From a virus, in the IMG/VR virus record IMGVR_UViG_3300027788_000008, positions 11,279 through 75,278 of that record: 64,000 nt of DNA; one strand, given 5' to 3'. Every line of letters begins with the position of its first letter. Position 1 is the stretch's first letter. A model generated the notes under the pieces. That model was given only the letters and a program-made list of their open reading frames with translations, was not told the DNA's origin and ran no database searches. Positions 19,601 to 29,229 of this stretch are shown piece after piece. The translations under genes and the position numbers were made by a program.

Positions 19601-20064
19601 TTTCCTCTAGTTTATATCTCAACGGAAAACGAAGCACGCGGAACTATACTGATTACTTCGGCGTTCAAACCAAAAAAGAGTATTATGATGTTGTAAATGC
19701 AGAGAGTGTGCTTAGATTGAGGGAGTTTTATATAGATCCGACAACCGTGGTCGCAAAAGACGGCTCCGCAATTACCGACGACGAAAAATTGGGTATATAC
19801 AGCGAAGAAGTTTTTAACACCGAAACTGGGATGATGATATCGGACAAGCATTGGAGGTATGATAACGATGGATTTGGTGGAGAGAATGTGAAACGCGCAA
19901 AGCTTGCCCAGGAGTGGACATACAGCAATGGTGTACCGACATCGAATATTGTCGGGGGTAGTGCGAAATATATTAAAGAAGGCGATCTCTGGGTTAGATA
20001 TAAATGGTCTGGTGGAACGGGATATGATCACTACAATCCCGTAGATGATTGGGTAGTGTATTAA
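13693..20064 (+). CDS. g7: Baseplate wedge initiator gp7 fused to beta-helix and beta-propeller domains (2123 aa)
   Basis: N-terminal gp7 motifs (LPEHF..KYPNLV.FL.AYY, YRSKGT..SIKQFFRIFF, DNEFYQLY, FVHPAGM) and position between gp6 and gp8. Long C-terminal extension. Confidence 0.8.
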   Translation: MSLDKTLTDLNRRDLTFERYDVYDALPEHFDEKYPNLVLFLQAYYKSLEDKTNPVSKIKELMVARDIIQTRAEFLSFIASELLLGKPYFEAFADKRSALQYSSLLYRSKGTEFSIKQFFRIFFSVDIEVNYGRDEMFIIGEPSSEMLEYVGIAAGESMFDYTFPNGDFNIICEVPAALQSTYGEFAQLIAGKHYTVDYSNRKVTLLPHAGLVADDGINTKLGILPTGVRLRIRTELRSYTTIGSDATNKKITDNEFYQLYGLMISTPLSVNIWKDAYKTFVHPAGMFLSGQISLRSIFSYVDVYPKKKDLDTGVIWQISLGLGSMPNATIQPPPPLLIQEMARVMLKQGGYGLHTTSYLEIGPGPNGYRILTRVNDQMDIYSVENWHTQYNNLARADDVNARTLDEESVDGGPTRGPDMSNTINLLDEDVWYYNILHPQTNSPIYGGNFQGVYSTGDLQTVAPTVSGTQAVMLGTLYVDNLTGDDTNPGTSVAPYATIDHAMRSLVPGYTTVLIDNGPSNPYRVHDRPSTDYLYVSNKTGTALNPIILSGDPDSQAHTRNDPDRPTTQYTNAYIVGSLHLTGWYESLTYTDVWEVANPFPDFTSTQLYGCTYTKWTDDGVVGLGRLLPGLAADSLLEGEWWKDSTKLYYKPKVDDVLLGDTAHHLEYSENMIFSLKRIKHMTFDGLSLSHAAGPGIRTAGAGVVRDIDDDLIQVEDWCNDITIQNCFIRETRTGVILSQGSRYIVQDCVILDTQNGGIGLMGSNGNWPNSNYSYPISNTLVQNNIVGRTRNNDGIFYHANSEYVDDVFNDGLGRTDDIGDNHRALNNICFSCAENGFDITSGTSISLEGNITHDNNQVGISVGHYARDVTIRNHQSINDDASQNYGGAFGINDSRNVLIEGAVVTNPGRMCISIRNDAQNIEIKNSTFTSGTDTSRLELIGIFTDESKEYNVSPRGGFQHGLATVPQRPKNITIKDNTFNIAFGGINQNASRNNYFPVFVTLNTLPIRGYNFQITGNTFNTSSNNIAFQPGSTGLNDFGPYKAVNTLPDRDIGGQPTVHVQSANQEFFAAGNFGEGELADIWNFWPTDVTPVGRDGNTSKGLILSGNVKGNLTLYSSAHQLSSHWDAITVEGVNGDPDASYRERTNWTIPTPSQIGTSRAVAYKDTLNANLSAQAEWSGDHRNSAGPIVCVNINTTAFGLSFVWYSGASGTDSFLALFEVGQQSEDLNLVGISAAYPHVDGTSLRLRMDLDQGVLKCYAGIRPVGGSSLVSSTNQSALTLIPLTDAEGGTSFSDTYNVETNSPDLFLATYHGVYLINNQEGGDRDTSIDYVHYPNYLRDLPSPIPAGRYFRTEFTDPDTSRATLDGTPNTLWRLTKDKSIRDYINYHNTQCWSPDGRYICIERWTTGPGSDNYSAAGGKASIEIWIIDLELDKEFRIDSGMAPRWANLSNTLFFVHRTGNGEDVYKTTAPSGLEVKRFVVETGELTTISYGVEELGETNSDDTYLYGVQRYRSSEQQSSGDYLSIPGQERVSVLMEILPDSTSQPVRFGDGTGSRPLPSRNHPVVIMRNKLRGVDQGKPFTPSRTHSDLDGTNMRTGTIFIQAGHQSWNGDGSYHVVGNSQAQGRKWNESYPSDMNKLANARTSDPGPCGHSGRWIVSRGTILDLRTGGHWEMSHGYSKIVYPSGTGDVSEPYDQDAKGSPDGTKVCLVSNFDLESKAVTRPTIPTGRSDDDITVLSTANFPESGDLVFESEVIGYSSKTPTSFKGIERGKYTTKVYGVEAGKPLTLLDSRILAEQDRDASNRPNYMDDTKFNPSSGDLRHQNLTDAYVVVVRKPDAPHLREHPTIIGQIQLIPGENHWETAGYRIFKDGQPLVSGSATIDPGATISLPAGVYTATSVEYNGLEGKISNEITTTTTKTLDILEEIPGDFSWIIELWVVVTDGTPAYTTEALGLAAPEATMIEFHYSEGVISSSLYLNGKRSTRNYTDYFGVQTKKEYYDVVNAESVLRLREFYIDPTTVVAKDGSAITDDEKLGIYSEEVFNTETGMMISDKHWRYDNDGFGGENVKRAKLAQEWTYSNGVPTSNIVGGSAKYIKEGDLWVRYKWSGGTGYDHYNPVDDWVVY

Positions 20065-20120
20065 CTATAAGAGATAAGTTATATAACTTATCCTCTTTAG
20101 AAATAAACACCCTGGATGCG

Positions 20121-20128
20121 TATAAATA
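20121..20128 (+). promoter_or_regulatory. T4-type late promoter TATAAATA (upstream of gp8)
   Basis: Exact consensus in the intergenic region. Confidence 0.85.
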
Positions 20129-20161
20129 AACACATAGATAGAAATTAAGGACACTATAATA

Positions 20162-21712
20162 ATGACAGCGACAATTACCGATAGAATAAAACGTGAGATG
20201 TTGAAGAAAGTATTCGACAGAACACAGAACATTGGCATTGAAGTAAATACGGATTCTGACCGCCACTTTCTGGCCATTGGACGTTGTAGCGAATGGCCTG
20301 ATGAAGCAGATCCACCCACACCGACTTCTGCTGCGGATGAAGAATTGAAATTTCGTTCAAGCATACAGGCAATGAAACTAATTACCGATGTGTCATATGT
20401 TGTTCCGAGACACTCTTGGAATTCTGGTAACTTCTATGAGGCATGGTCTACGCAGTATAACTCTAATACAACTATAGGTGCCACAACTGGCAATAGTATT
20501 ATTCCTAACCCCTACTATGTTCTAACTGACGAAAACAATGTCTTCATTTGTGTGCAACAAGGCAAGACTGTCTCTGGTGTTGCCCGTCCATCTTTATATA
20601 AACCAACTAACACAGCAGATGGGGTGTTTCCCGCAGGTGATGATGGATACTTTTGGAAGTACATGTACAATATTGGTGCAGAGTTATCTCGAAAGTTTTT
20701 AACATCAGCATATATGCCAGTAGAGCGCATTGTTGATCTCGCCTATGGCGGCCCGAGTGCCGACGACCTATCTATATCCCGACTAAACCAAAGATCGATT
20801 CAGGCAGGAGCAATACCTGGACAACTAATAGGAATTGCAATAGATAATCCTGGACGGGATTATGTATCGCCACCCACCATAACTATAAAAGGTGTCCCAC
20901 GCAAAGGTGTTATCGCCAAAGGGACCACGAACCTCAGCAAGGACGGACACCCCGTCGCCACGGGAGCTATTGCCGCCGCCAAGATTAATGACGGAGGAAT
21001 ATCTGATGTTATTATGAAAAACGCTTTCGTAGATACTGCCTTTACTTTCGGTCAAAATTACACCGACGCATCTATATTCGTCAGCGGTGGGGGTGGAAGT
21101 GGTGCAGTATTGCGCGCAATCGTTTCTCATGACTCTGGCATGGGTGGCAACCCAATCATTGACTTAAATTCAACTGCCCTTATGTTCACCACTCAACTCA
21201 CTGGCAGTGAGAATGAAGATTTCCCAACCACAAATGACTTCCGCCAGATTGGTATAATACGCAACCCACATAGAGATTCTGCTCAGTATGGTAGTTTTCC
21301 TCTAACGGGTGAAGACTCTTATGCTAGAGCATCAACTCTGCGAGCATCTAAAGCACTACATGTTACTACTACCACCCTGAATGCCATAAATATAACTGGT
21401 GACCAGTCTGTCAGTCAAGTTAGTAGTCCATCCGTTAACGCAACCATAGACTATTACGATGGAAACGGTATCTTGTATGTTCATCAAACAAGAGAAACTG
21501 GATATATGCCATTCGACAGCAACTCAGACGTGACGGTGTCTGGTGGCGGTGGAAGCGCAACCACGATTGCTAACGCAGTCAACGATATGCCAATACTGCG
21601 CCCTGCTGAGGTTGATAATTTCTCCGGAGAGATATTATACATAGATAATAGAACAGCAGTTTCTCGCGATGCAGATCAAACAGAAGATATCAAGGTTGTA
21701 ATTGACCTCTAA
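20162..21712 (+). CDS. g8: Baseplate wedge subunit gp8
   Basis: IGR..EWPDE..PP.P, DGYFWKYMYNI, NDFRQIGIIRNP, SGEILYIDNR.AVSRDADQTEDIKVVI. Confidence 0.92.
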   Translation: MTATITDRIKREMLKKVFDRTQNIGIEVNTDSDRHFLAIGRCSEWPDEADPPTPTSAADEELKFRSSIQAMKLITDVSYVVPRHSWNSGNFYEAWSTQYNSNTTIGATTGNSIIPNPYYVLTDENNVFICVQQGKTVSGVARPSLYKPTNTADGVFPAGDDGYFWKYMYNIGAELSRKFLTSAYMPVERIVDLAYGGPSADDLSISRLNQRSIQAGAIPGQLIGIAIDNPGRDYVSPPTITIKGVPRKGVIAKGTTNLSKDGHPVATGAIAAAKINDGGISDVIMKNAFVDTAFTFGQNYTDASIFVSGGGGSGAVLRAIVSHDSGMGGNPIIDLNSTALMFTTQLTGSENEDFPTTNDFRQIGIIRNPHRDSAQYGSFPLTGEDSYARASTLRASKALHVTTTTLNAINITGDQSVSQVSSPSVNATIDYYDGNGILYVHQTRETGYMPFDSNSDVTVSGGGGSATTIANAVNDMPILRPAEVDNFSGEILYIDNRTAVSRDADQTEDIKVVIDL

Positions 21713-21724
21713 AGGAAATTAAGA

Positions 21725-24700
21725 ATGGCAAACCAGTTTACAGGATCAACATTTTCAGGAACATATAAAGACGACTTTTTGGATAGCGCAGGTTATCACA
21801 AAATCCTCTTCAATTCTGGACGTGCACTTCAAGGAAGAGAGTTAAACCAATTACAGACTATTCTGCAAAGACAGATAACTCGTATGGCAAACAACCTCTT
21901 CATGGACGGTGCTGCTGTTTCGCCGAAGTCATCGGGCGCAGGCACCGACATAGTGGATTATGTTATTGTTGAGCGGTTATTTGTTCCCGATGAAGATTAC
22001 ATTGGTGCTGTGTTTAGGGGAGAAGCAGGAATAGGAACAGGTGGACTTGTTTTTCAAGTATCACATATTGAACCTGCTCCCGACATAGACGCAAATTTAA
22101 ACGCGAAAGCGTTGTATGGACGTTATCTTTCTGCTGGACAAGAAGTCACCAATAGTGATGTGCAGACTTCTTTTTTAACATTCAACGATCAAGAGAAATT
22201 GACAAATATATCGCACAGCGGTGCTGGTCTTCTGGCTTCGGTTTATGTGAGAACACAACCTGCTCCGAGTAGTACCCAATCTACAGGTAAAGGCGTCCTC
22301 TTTTCTATGCAACGTGCTGATTTCTATACACAAGGTCACTTCGTTCATGTTTCTAAACAAACGATTGCAATCTCTAAGTTCACCAATTACGCCGACGCTC
22401 AAGTCGGTTTCCAAGTTAAACAAGATATAGTCACAACTGCTGACGATGATGCACTATATGATAATCAAGGCACACGCCCCAACCTTTCTAGTCCAGGTGC
22501 AGATCGTTACCGTATTAGGATGATCTTGGCCACGCGTGAATCTGTTCCCGATGAAGAAGACTTCGTTACATTCGCTACTGTTCGTGCTTCTAAGATTATA
22601 CAGATCAAAGAAGGAACTGACAACTTCAATCAGAACGAAAGTCGTATGGCAAAACGCCACTTTGATACCCACGGAAACTTTATTGTCAATGACTTCGATA
22701 TACAGTTCAATGATGCAGACGACATTAATAGTTTACTGTATGAAGTGCCAGCTGTACAAAATGGGGTTGCTCCGATTGCCTTCCTTGACGGATATCGTCT
22801 CCAACATCAAATCCCTGCTCAGTTTGTAATTCCAAAACCTCTCACCTATGTAGCAGAGCAGGCCCAGAAACTGGAGGTTGGTTATAAAAACTATATATCT
22901 TTGGGTTATGACACTAGAGATATAAACTTATCACAACTTGATTTTGGAAACGCAACGGACGCCCCAGGTTCTAGATATTCGGTGAATCATTCCATAGACT
23001 TGATCGATTCTGATGGTGTTGATGGTCTCGGCGGCAATGTTGTTGGTACTGCCCACCTGAAGACCCTCGTTTCTACAGGAAGGTTAGACTCAGATGCTTA
23101 CCGTGTATACCTGAAAGATATATCTATGGATCCTGGTAAGAATTTCCGTCTGGTAAGGAAACTTCGATCGAGCACAGGCGACGGTTCGGTGTCTTCGCTG
23201 AACGCTTTGATGCACCTCGACACCCCTCTTGACGGGATTATCCCAACTAATCTTGGCGGCAACTCGCTGGGACACAATGGTAATCTGTATATCACCGAAC
23301 CCCAAATAAACACCAGTTTGTTCCGAGTTCCTGGTGGTCGTGTCAAATCATTGATTCCGACAAAGATACCTGTGCAACGCATGGCACAACAGGAAATTGT
23401 AGCAGGCACCGACGCAGATGCCAACGCAATTCTTAAACTGACACTAACATGTTTCAGTGGCGAATCCTTTATCGATACAGCAAACTGGATCATAATTAAC
23501 AACACCACGAGTGCCGTCATTGATATACCGTTTGCTGACATCGACACAAGTGCCGCCAACAATGTGATAATAACTGTCCCTTCTGCGAATGGTGTAGTTG
23601 CTACTGATATATGCCAGATAATATACTATGTAGAGAAAAGCGGAGAAACTGGACTCTCCCCAAAAACAAAAACATATACAGAGGCATGGGCCCCATTCAC
23701 CCGCACTGCTGGCGAAGATACATTCAAGGCTGAGATCGCTGGTTATTCAACCCTCTTTGATGGAATAGAGTTGGTGAAAGCACGCGAACGCGGCATTTGG
23801 ATCTCCGGCCACCCAGATTGGATAGATAACAGTGGTTTTGGACCGACCAGCGAAGAGCATGATACATACGAGTCCTTTATGGGACCAGAAGTGACGCACC
23901 AGTTGACTTTTGACGGTGGACAGAGAGACAACTTCTATGGCCCAATCCAGATAAAGGCAGATGGTGTCCAGGATCATGTTCTGGTTATTTATGCGAAAGT
24001 TGCATACTTTACACACAGTGCAACCGGAGATTATTTCTCTGCCAATTCTTATGTCCTCGATGATGAATTTGCTTATGCAGACATACCATCATTTACATCA
24101 AAATCCACCGGAGAATTTTTTCAACTGCATGACTGTATAGACTTCCGTGGCACTAAGAGCAAAAACCTCACCAGTGCGCTCTTAGGTTCGACTCTCGAAA
24201 TTCCTCGAGACGGTGGCCTTATCGAGTATGACGTGGAATTCTACAACTCTCGTGTAGACCACGTTGCATTGACATATGATGAGTCCTTTAAACCTCAGAT
24301 AGTTATCAACCAAGGGGAGGAATCCCAGAATGTAGTATCTCCAGGAGAGGTGCAAAACCAGATGGTCTTGTTTGATATCTTACTTCCTGGAAACACGAAA
24401 GGTGCCACTGACATTATGTTTAACCGTCGAGAATATCGCGGATATCAGATGAGCGACATAGAGGCAATTTCACGAAGAGTTTCCAGGGTTGAAGAGACTA
24501 CATCTCTGAATGCCCTAGAAAATGAAGCAAGCAACCTTGTTGAACTCGCACCAGATGGAACTTTACGGTCGAAGACAGGTCTCTTTGTAGATGACTTTGC
24601 GAAAGGCATGGCTCTGACAGCATCAACAATAGGCAATGACTTCCTCGATGATCCTTCTTTTGCAACTTCTTCCTATGATGAGGACACTAATACAGTCCAC

Positions 24701-27700
24701 GGAAAGTTAGCACTAGAGAGCATTGGGTTCCAATATGACGTCGCCGGAGACAAAATAGGGATTCGTGGTGCTGGGGTATCTGGACTGCCAAGTAATTCTG
24801 GACTAGTTGTCAAAACAGAAAACCTTCTACTTGAATACGATCATGTGTGCGACCCCTCTATGAAACAAGAAATGATTTCTTGGAAAAGTGGAGATGATGC
24901 TGAGGAGCATGGTTATTATAATGTCAACCCATTCAATGTATTTCTAGGAGAAGGCATGCTGCGCCTGCGCCCAGCATCCGACACATGGTTCGACCAACGC
25001 CGACTACCAGATCTGCACACAAATGCCTCGCCAATCTATAAGCAAATCGGAGAAAAACTGGTACCAAGGACGATTACCATGACCCGCACAGCAACGCGCA
25101 CCTGGATCCTCGCGCGTGGCCGCCGCATACCCAGAGGTAGGCATGGGGTGTTCGAAGAACAGACCATGAGAACTCAAACCGTCGTTGGCGTAGCTACTCT
25201 TTCGCAAGCAGTCGAGAACGAATTCGTCTCCAGCCAGTCATCCACTATCAAGACCGGAGAGAGGAGAGTCGCGGTACTCTCTATCCCATTTATGCGTCAA
25301 AAGAGAGTATTCGCATCTGCAGAAGGTCTGCGTCCAAATACCCGTTACTGGCCATTTATGCGTGGCATAAATATGTCACAGTGGTGTATCGACCTCGGTA
25401 AGACAGCACACGCGTCTGCACTATTGGCTGGAAAACATAGGACCGCACTAGCACCCACAAACGTAAATATGGTTCGATGTCCAGGTACTATTACGTCTGG
25501 AATCAACGCCAACCAAAAACTGATAACCGACGCAAACGGCGAATTGTATTTCCAGTTATGGATCCCGAACACTGCTCGAGTTTCAGTTCCTAATTCCACC
25601 CAGTTCAACACACAGCAGGAATGGCAGAAATGGCAGAATAATCAAAAAAGATATGCCAGTACCTATGGCGCGAATTCAGCAGCTGCTATGAATGCGAATG
25701 GATGGAAATTCCGTTGCGGCACAGCACCAATTAAACTTCTTGATATATCTGTTAACAATGAATCTGATGCACTCTCGCTTGCGCGCACAACTTTTACATC
25801 CACGGGAAGTGTGAACGTTATGCAATCATCCTTCCTTACCACTCGCACAATCTCCTACAAGAACGTTTTTGGTGAAGCTGACGTCACTGGTAGCGTCACC
25901 ACGACTAATAACGACTGGGTTAGATGGGTACCAAGAGACCCACTGGCCCAGACGTTCACGGTGGACGGTGGAGAAGGTGTTCCTGGTGTATTTGTGACGA
26001 AGATAGACATCTTCTTACATAAGGCACCAAGGACTGCCACAAATGGAGGACAAGACTTATCGATACCTCTTCAACTCCAATTACGCCCTGTCATTGCAGG
26101 TGTCCCAGACCGCGAGATCGTCAGCGAACAGCACAGTGTCTATAAAACTGCTGATGAGTGCTGGAGTGCTATCAATGGACAAACGCAAACTCTCGCTAAA
26201 AATCAAGGCGGCCCACTGGAACACCCAGTCACCTTTGAATTCAAAGAACCAGTCTATCTGCGTTCTGGTGATGAGTATGCATTCGTACTATTGGCCGAAA
26301 CAGACAACTATGAAGCATATGTCGCTTCTACATATGATTTGATTTTGGGTTCTACTTCAAAACGTGTGAACAAGCAACCAGCGAATGGTTCTTTGTTCCT
26401 TTCACAGAATGGTTCCACATGGACTCCAAAGCAGAATCAAGATATGGCATATCGTATCTACACTGCAAAGTTCAAATCTGAGGGTAGAGCAAACTTCTAC
26501 AGCAACCCAATTGAGAAACATCGCCACAACTACGATACAAGTCTTTCTGTCGACACTAGTAACCTAAACCGCTTCCGTGTATCCCACCAAGGTCATGGTC
26601 TTGGTGTAGGTGACAAGGTTGGTATGGAAGGTCTCCCCAATTTTGCTGATAACCTCGAAGGTGATGCATCAAAATATTATGGTGTATTGGGTCGTTCTAT
26701 AATAAATTCTACTAATGTAGTTGAAGATCCGGACGTTAATGGATACTATGTTACACTTGATTCTGCGTTCGACGCCCAATCTGGCACCTTCGGTTCAACA
26801 TCATTAGAGACCAATAGAGGTTTCCCGATTGATGTTGCAGTATTGAACTATCAAGACTTGCTGGTGGAAGAAACTACAATAAAGTATACTTCTAACTTTA
26901 TTAGCGGTTTCAGTCACTCAAATGGTGCACTAAGTGGATCCCAAGACCTGCGCTTTACTGAAGACCCCAGCGACACTATTATGCAAAATGGAACAAACCT
27001 GTTTTTCGATACCCCGAAGTATGTTGGAAACTTGAATCAAGAATGGTACAGTATCGCACCCCTCAACGACTCTGCGGCCTCCATTGTGATCAGCGCGGAG
27101 TTTTCTTCTACACAAACATCGACATTTGGAGACCCCACCCCAGCACAGACTGCATCTGGATATGTTTCTGACGTTTCTCCGATGATAGATATGCAGTCAA
27201 TAAATATGCTTCTAGTCAACAACGTCGTAGATAACCAAGTCCTTGCCGATATCGACAATGCAGATACTGCTCTTGGCGGTCGCAACAAACCAGCAAACTT
27301 TGTTCCTGAGACTGCCCCATTATCAGGCACATCTGCATCGAAGCACATAACAAAGGTTGTCACTTTGAAGCAAGCAGCGAAAGGTCTGCGTATACTGGTT
27401 GATGCTTACAAACCACCTGCCGCAGATTTAGATCTATATTATAGAGTTGGGACAGAATTAGATGATAACCTGTATGAAAGAGATTGGGTTCTACTTCCTA
27501 GTCAGAACACACCACCTTCTGCATTGCGGAATGCAGAAGTGGAGCAGATGACGTTTGCTGAGTACCGATACCTTGCTGGAATTGGACAAACTTCGACCTC
27601 AGCAGACTTAGATGACTTCGTCACCTTCCAAGTAAAGGTTGTACTGCGTACCACAAACACCTGTGAGTCCCCTGTGATAAACTCTATTCGTGCCATTGCT

Positions 27701-27709
27701 CTAATATAA
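21725..27709 (+). CDS. Large virion structural protein, VrlC/DUF4815-like
   Basis: YKDDF..SAGYHKILFNSGRALQGRELNQLQTILQ, PGADRY, KTGLFVDDF, DPLAQTF, GSLFLSQNGSTWTP.Q..D, ending RAIAL. This family follows gp8 in marine T4-like phages. Confidence 0.85.
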   Translation: MANQFTGSTFSGTYKDDFLDSAGYHKILFNSGRALQGRELNQLQTILQRQITRMANNLFMDGAAVSPKSSGAGTDIVDYVIVERLFVPDEDYIGAVFRGEAGIGTGGLVFQVSHIEPAPDIDANLNAKALYGRYLSAGQEVTNSDVQTSFLTFNDQEKLTNISHSGAGLLASVYVRTQPAPSSTQSTGKGVLFSMQRADFYTQGHFVHVSKQTIAISKFTNYADAQVGFQVKQDIVTTADDDALYDNQGTRPNLSSPGADRYRIRMILATRESVPDEEDFVTFATVRASKIIQIKEGTDNFNQNESRMAKRHFDTHGNFIVNDFDIQFNDADDINSLLYEVPAVQNGVAPIAFLDGYRLQHQIPAQFVIPKPLTYVAEQAQKLEVGYKNYISLGYDTRDINLSQLDFGNATDAPGSRYSVNHSIDLIDSDGVDGLGGNVVGTAHLKTLVSTGRLDSDAYRVYLKDISMDPGKNFRLVRKLRSSTGDGSVSSLNALMHLDTPLDGIIPTNLGGNSLGHNGNLYITEPQINTSLFRVPGGRVKSLIPTKIPVQRMAQQEIVAGTDADANAILKLTLTCFSGESFIDTANWIIINNTTSAVIDIPFADIDTSAANNVIITVPSANGVVATDICQIIYYVEKSGETGLSPKTKTYTEAWAPFTRTAGEDTFKAEIAGYSTLFDGIELVKARERGIWISGHPDWIDNSGFGPTSEEHDTYESFMGPEVTHQLTFDGGQRDNFYGPIQIKADGVQDHVLVIYAKVAYFTHSATGDYFSANSYVLDDEFAYADIPSFTSKSTGEFFQLHDCIDFRGTKSKNLTSALLGSTLEIPRDGGLIEYDVEFYNSRVDHVALTYDESFKPQIVINQGEESQNVVSPGEVQNQMVLFDILLPGNTKGATDIMFNRREYRGYQMSDIEAISRRVSRVEETTSLNALENEASNLVELAPDGTLRSKTGLFVDDFAKGMALTASTIGNDFLDDPSFATSSYDEDTNTVHGKLALESIGFQYDVAGDKIGIRGAGVSGLPSNSGLVVKTENLLLEYDHVCDPSMKQEMISWKSGDDAEEHGYYNVNPFNVFLGEGMLRLRPASDTWFDQRRLPDLHTNASPIYKQIGEKLVPRTITMTRTATRTWILARGRRIPRGRHGVFEEQTMRTQTVVGVATLSQAVENEFVSSQSSTIKTGERRVAVLSIPFMRQKRVFASAEGLRPNTRYWPFMRGINMSQWCIDLGKTAHASALLAGKHRTALAPTNVNMVRCPGTITSGINANQKLITDANGELYFQLWIPNTARVSVPNSTQFNTQQEWQKWQNNQKRYASTYGANSAAAMNANGWKFRCGTAPIKLLDISVNNESDALSLARTTFTSTGSVNVMQSSFLTTRTISYKNVFGEADVTGSVTTTNNDWVRWVPRDPLAQTFTVDGGEGVPGVFVTKIDIFLHKAPRTATNGGQDLSIPLQLQLRPVIAGVPDREIVSEQHSVYKTADECWSAINGQTQTLAKNQGGPLEHPVTFEFKEPVYLRSGDEYAFVLLAETDNYEAYVASTYDLILGSTSKRVNKQPANGSLFLSQNGSTWTPKQNQDMAYRIYTAKFKSEGRANFYSNPIEKHRHNYDTSLSVDTSNLNRFRVSHQGHGLGVGDKVGMEGLPNFADNLEGDASKYYGVLGRSIINSTNVVEDPDVNGYYVTLDSAFDAQSGTFGSTSLETNRGFPIDVAVLNYQDLLVEETTIKYTSNFISGFSHSNGALSGSQDLRFTEDPSDTIMQNGTNLFFDTPKYVGNLNQEWYSIAPLNDSAASIVISAEFSSTQTSTFGDPTPAQTASGYVSDVSPMIDMQSINMLLVNNVVDNQVLADIDNADTALGGRNKPANFVPETAPLSGTSASKHITKVVTLKQAAKGLRILVDAYKPPAADLDLYYRVGTELDDNLYERDWVLLPSQNTPPSALRNAEVEQMTFAEYRYLAGIGQTSTSADLDDFVTFQVKVVLRTTNTCESPVINSIRAIALI

Positions 27710-27936
27710 TGTCCAGCAGATACATAAAAGTTGAGGGACATTCTGGTTGGTATAAGGACATAGAAACAGGAACTATTATAAATACAAACGAACAAGAGAT
27801 TTCCATTGCCAGAGCAACTAGAGAAAATTATCTAAAACGAAAGAATGTGCAAGACAAATTAGAAAATGATGTCTCTTCTTTAAGAAGTGAGATCTCGGAA
27901 CTAAAAAAACTTATACAAGGGATGATAGGAAAATAA
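27709..27936 (+). CDS. Conserved small protein following the VrlC-like gene (C-terminal coiled coil)
   Basis: IKVEGH...KD..TG.IINTN motif and a heptad C-terminus; coupled start/stop. Confidence 0.7.
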   Translation: MSSRYIKVEGHSGWYKDIETGTIINTNEQEISIARATRENYLKRKNVQDKLENDVSSLRSEISELKKLIQGMIGK

Positions 27937-27937
27937 A

Positions 27938-29221
27938 ATGGCATCAATTCTATGGCAACCAATACCACAACCTGTTTATCAAACAACAGACACTTTCCAA
28001 CAATTAGTCAATAAACTAAATGATGGAAGAATGCAACTCGACTCCGACTTATCCTATCTTGACTCTGCGATTGGTCCATTTCAAGAAGGTTCTACCTTTG
28101 AGAAAGTATACGGACTAACAACAACTGCGTACACCCTTATTGATGCAATACGGGAACTTGATGAAGACCTACATGGACAAGGCGGCGGCACCTTTTCTAC
28201 TATGACAACCACTAACTCAAGTAATGTTGTGGGTGCCATCAATGAAATCGAAGCAGTATTTGATGCGAGTCAGGGTAGAATCGACACCACAGGTCCACTC
28301 ACCTCAACGTCAAACGGTGATACTTCCTTCTCACCCACAGGAGACTTCCTCGTTGATGCTACTGGCAGCATAATTTTTGATACTGATGACAATACTGTTG
28401 TTCTTAGGGATGGTAGCACAGTAGATGATGCTCCGGTCAACCGTTTTACTTACACCCTTGGTGGATCTAATGTATTGGATGTCATTGGAAATTACACGAT
28501 GACCTCCACAGGTGATATACACATTGAATCACAAAGCGGAGACTTTGAATTACGCAATGCCGGCCCACTGTTTGATGGCGTTGGCGCTGGTGTTGTCACA
28601 ACCACCCTGAGCACCACCACCAACCATCATAAGGTCATCACTCCCACACATACTACCTTGAAGGGAGGAGGAAACATATATCTTTCGCCCCTTGGTACGG
28701 GTGCTGGCCAGGATGAAGGTTTAGTTATCTTGACAGACGTCAACGAAAATACAATCTACAGTTTTAAGGTAGTTGATGTCACCGCTCTCGATGAAAATAA
28801 CGACCTTATCAATTCCACTGCAGAATTTACCATTAATGGACCAAGCGCAAGGATAAAGAATAGTTCTGGTCCGCTCGAGGTTAGATCATCCGGATCGATC
28901 ACGTTACGCTCTGCCACAGGAGAAATTCTTCTCGACAATAATGGGACGAGGTTAGCAAATTTTACTGATGCTAGTGGACATCTAAAGGTCAATTCGGGAT
29001 CCACTGGTCGCAATGCTCTTCGTTTCTATGACGCTGATAACGGTGAAGATGTAGGACAAACGAATCTTCAGGTTTATGGCATGATCACCCTGCCAGACAC
29101 TGGTGCAGGTAGTATAAGTAGTAGTGAGATAACTTCCAACACAGTGCATGGCGCGATAGACGAGGTGAATGCTCGTATTCCCACTGTCTACAACGCCGCT
29201 GGCGTCGCTCTGAACGCATAG
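27938..29221 (+). CDS. Putative fibre/whisker structural protein
   Basis: N-terminal TDTFQQL..KLN, repeated (L/V)xxAIxE(L/I/V) segments, Gly/Thr-rich beta repeats. Confidence 0.6.
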   Translation: MASILWQPIPQPVYQTTDTFQQLVNKLNDGRMQLDSDLSYLDSAIGPFQEGSTFEKVYGLTTTAYTLIDAIRELDEDLHGQGGGTFSTMTTTNSSNVVGAINEIEAVFDASQGRIDTTGPLTSTSNGDTSFSPTGDFLVDATGSIIFDTDDNTVVLRDGSTVDDAPVNRFTYTLGGSNVLDVIGNYTMTSTGDIHIESQSGDFELRNAGPLFDGVGAGVVTTTLSTTTNHHKVITPTHTTLKGGGNIYLSPLGTGAGQDEGLVILTDVNENTIYSFKVVDVTALDENNDLINSTAEFTINGPSARIKNSSGPLEVRSSGSITLRSATGEILLDNNGTRLANFTDASGHLKVNSGSTGRNALRFYDADNGEDVGQTNLQVYGMITLPDTGAGSISSSEITSNTVHGAIDEVNARIPTVYNAAGVALNA

Positions 29222-29229
29222 GTTTATAA

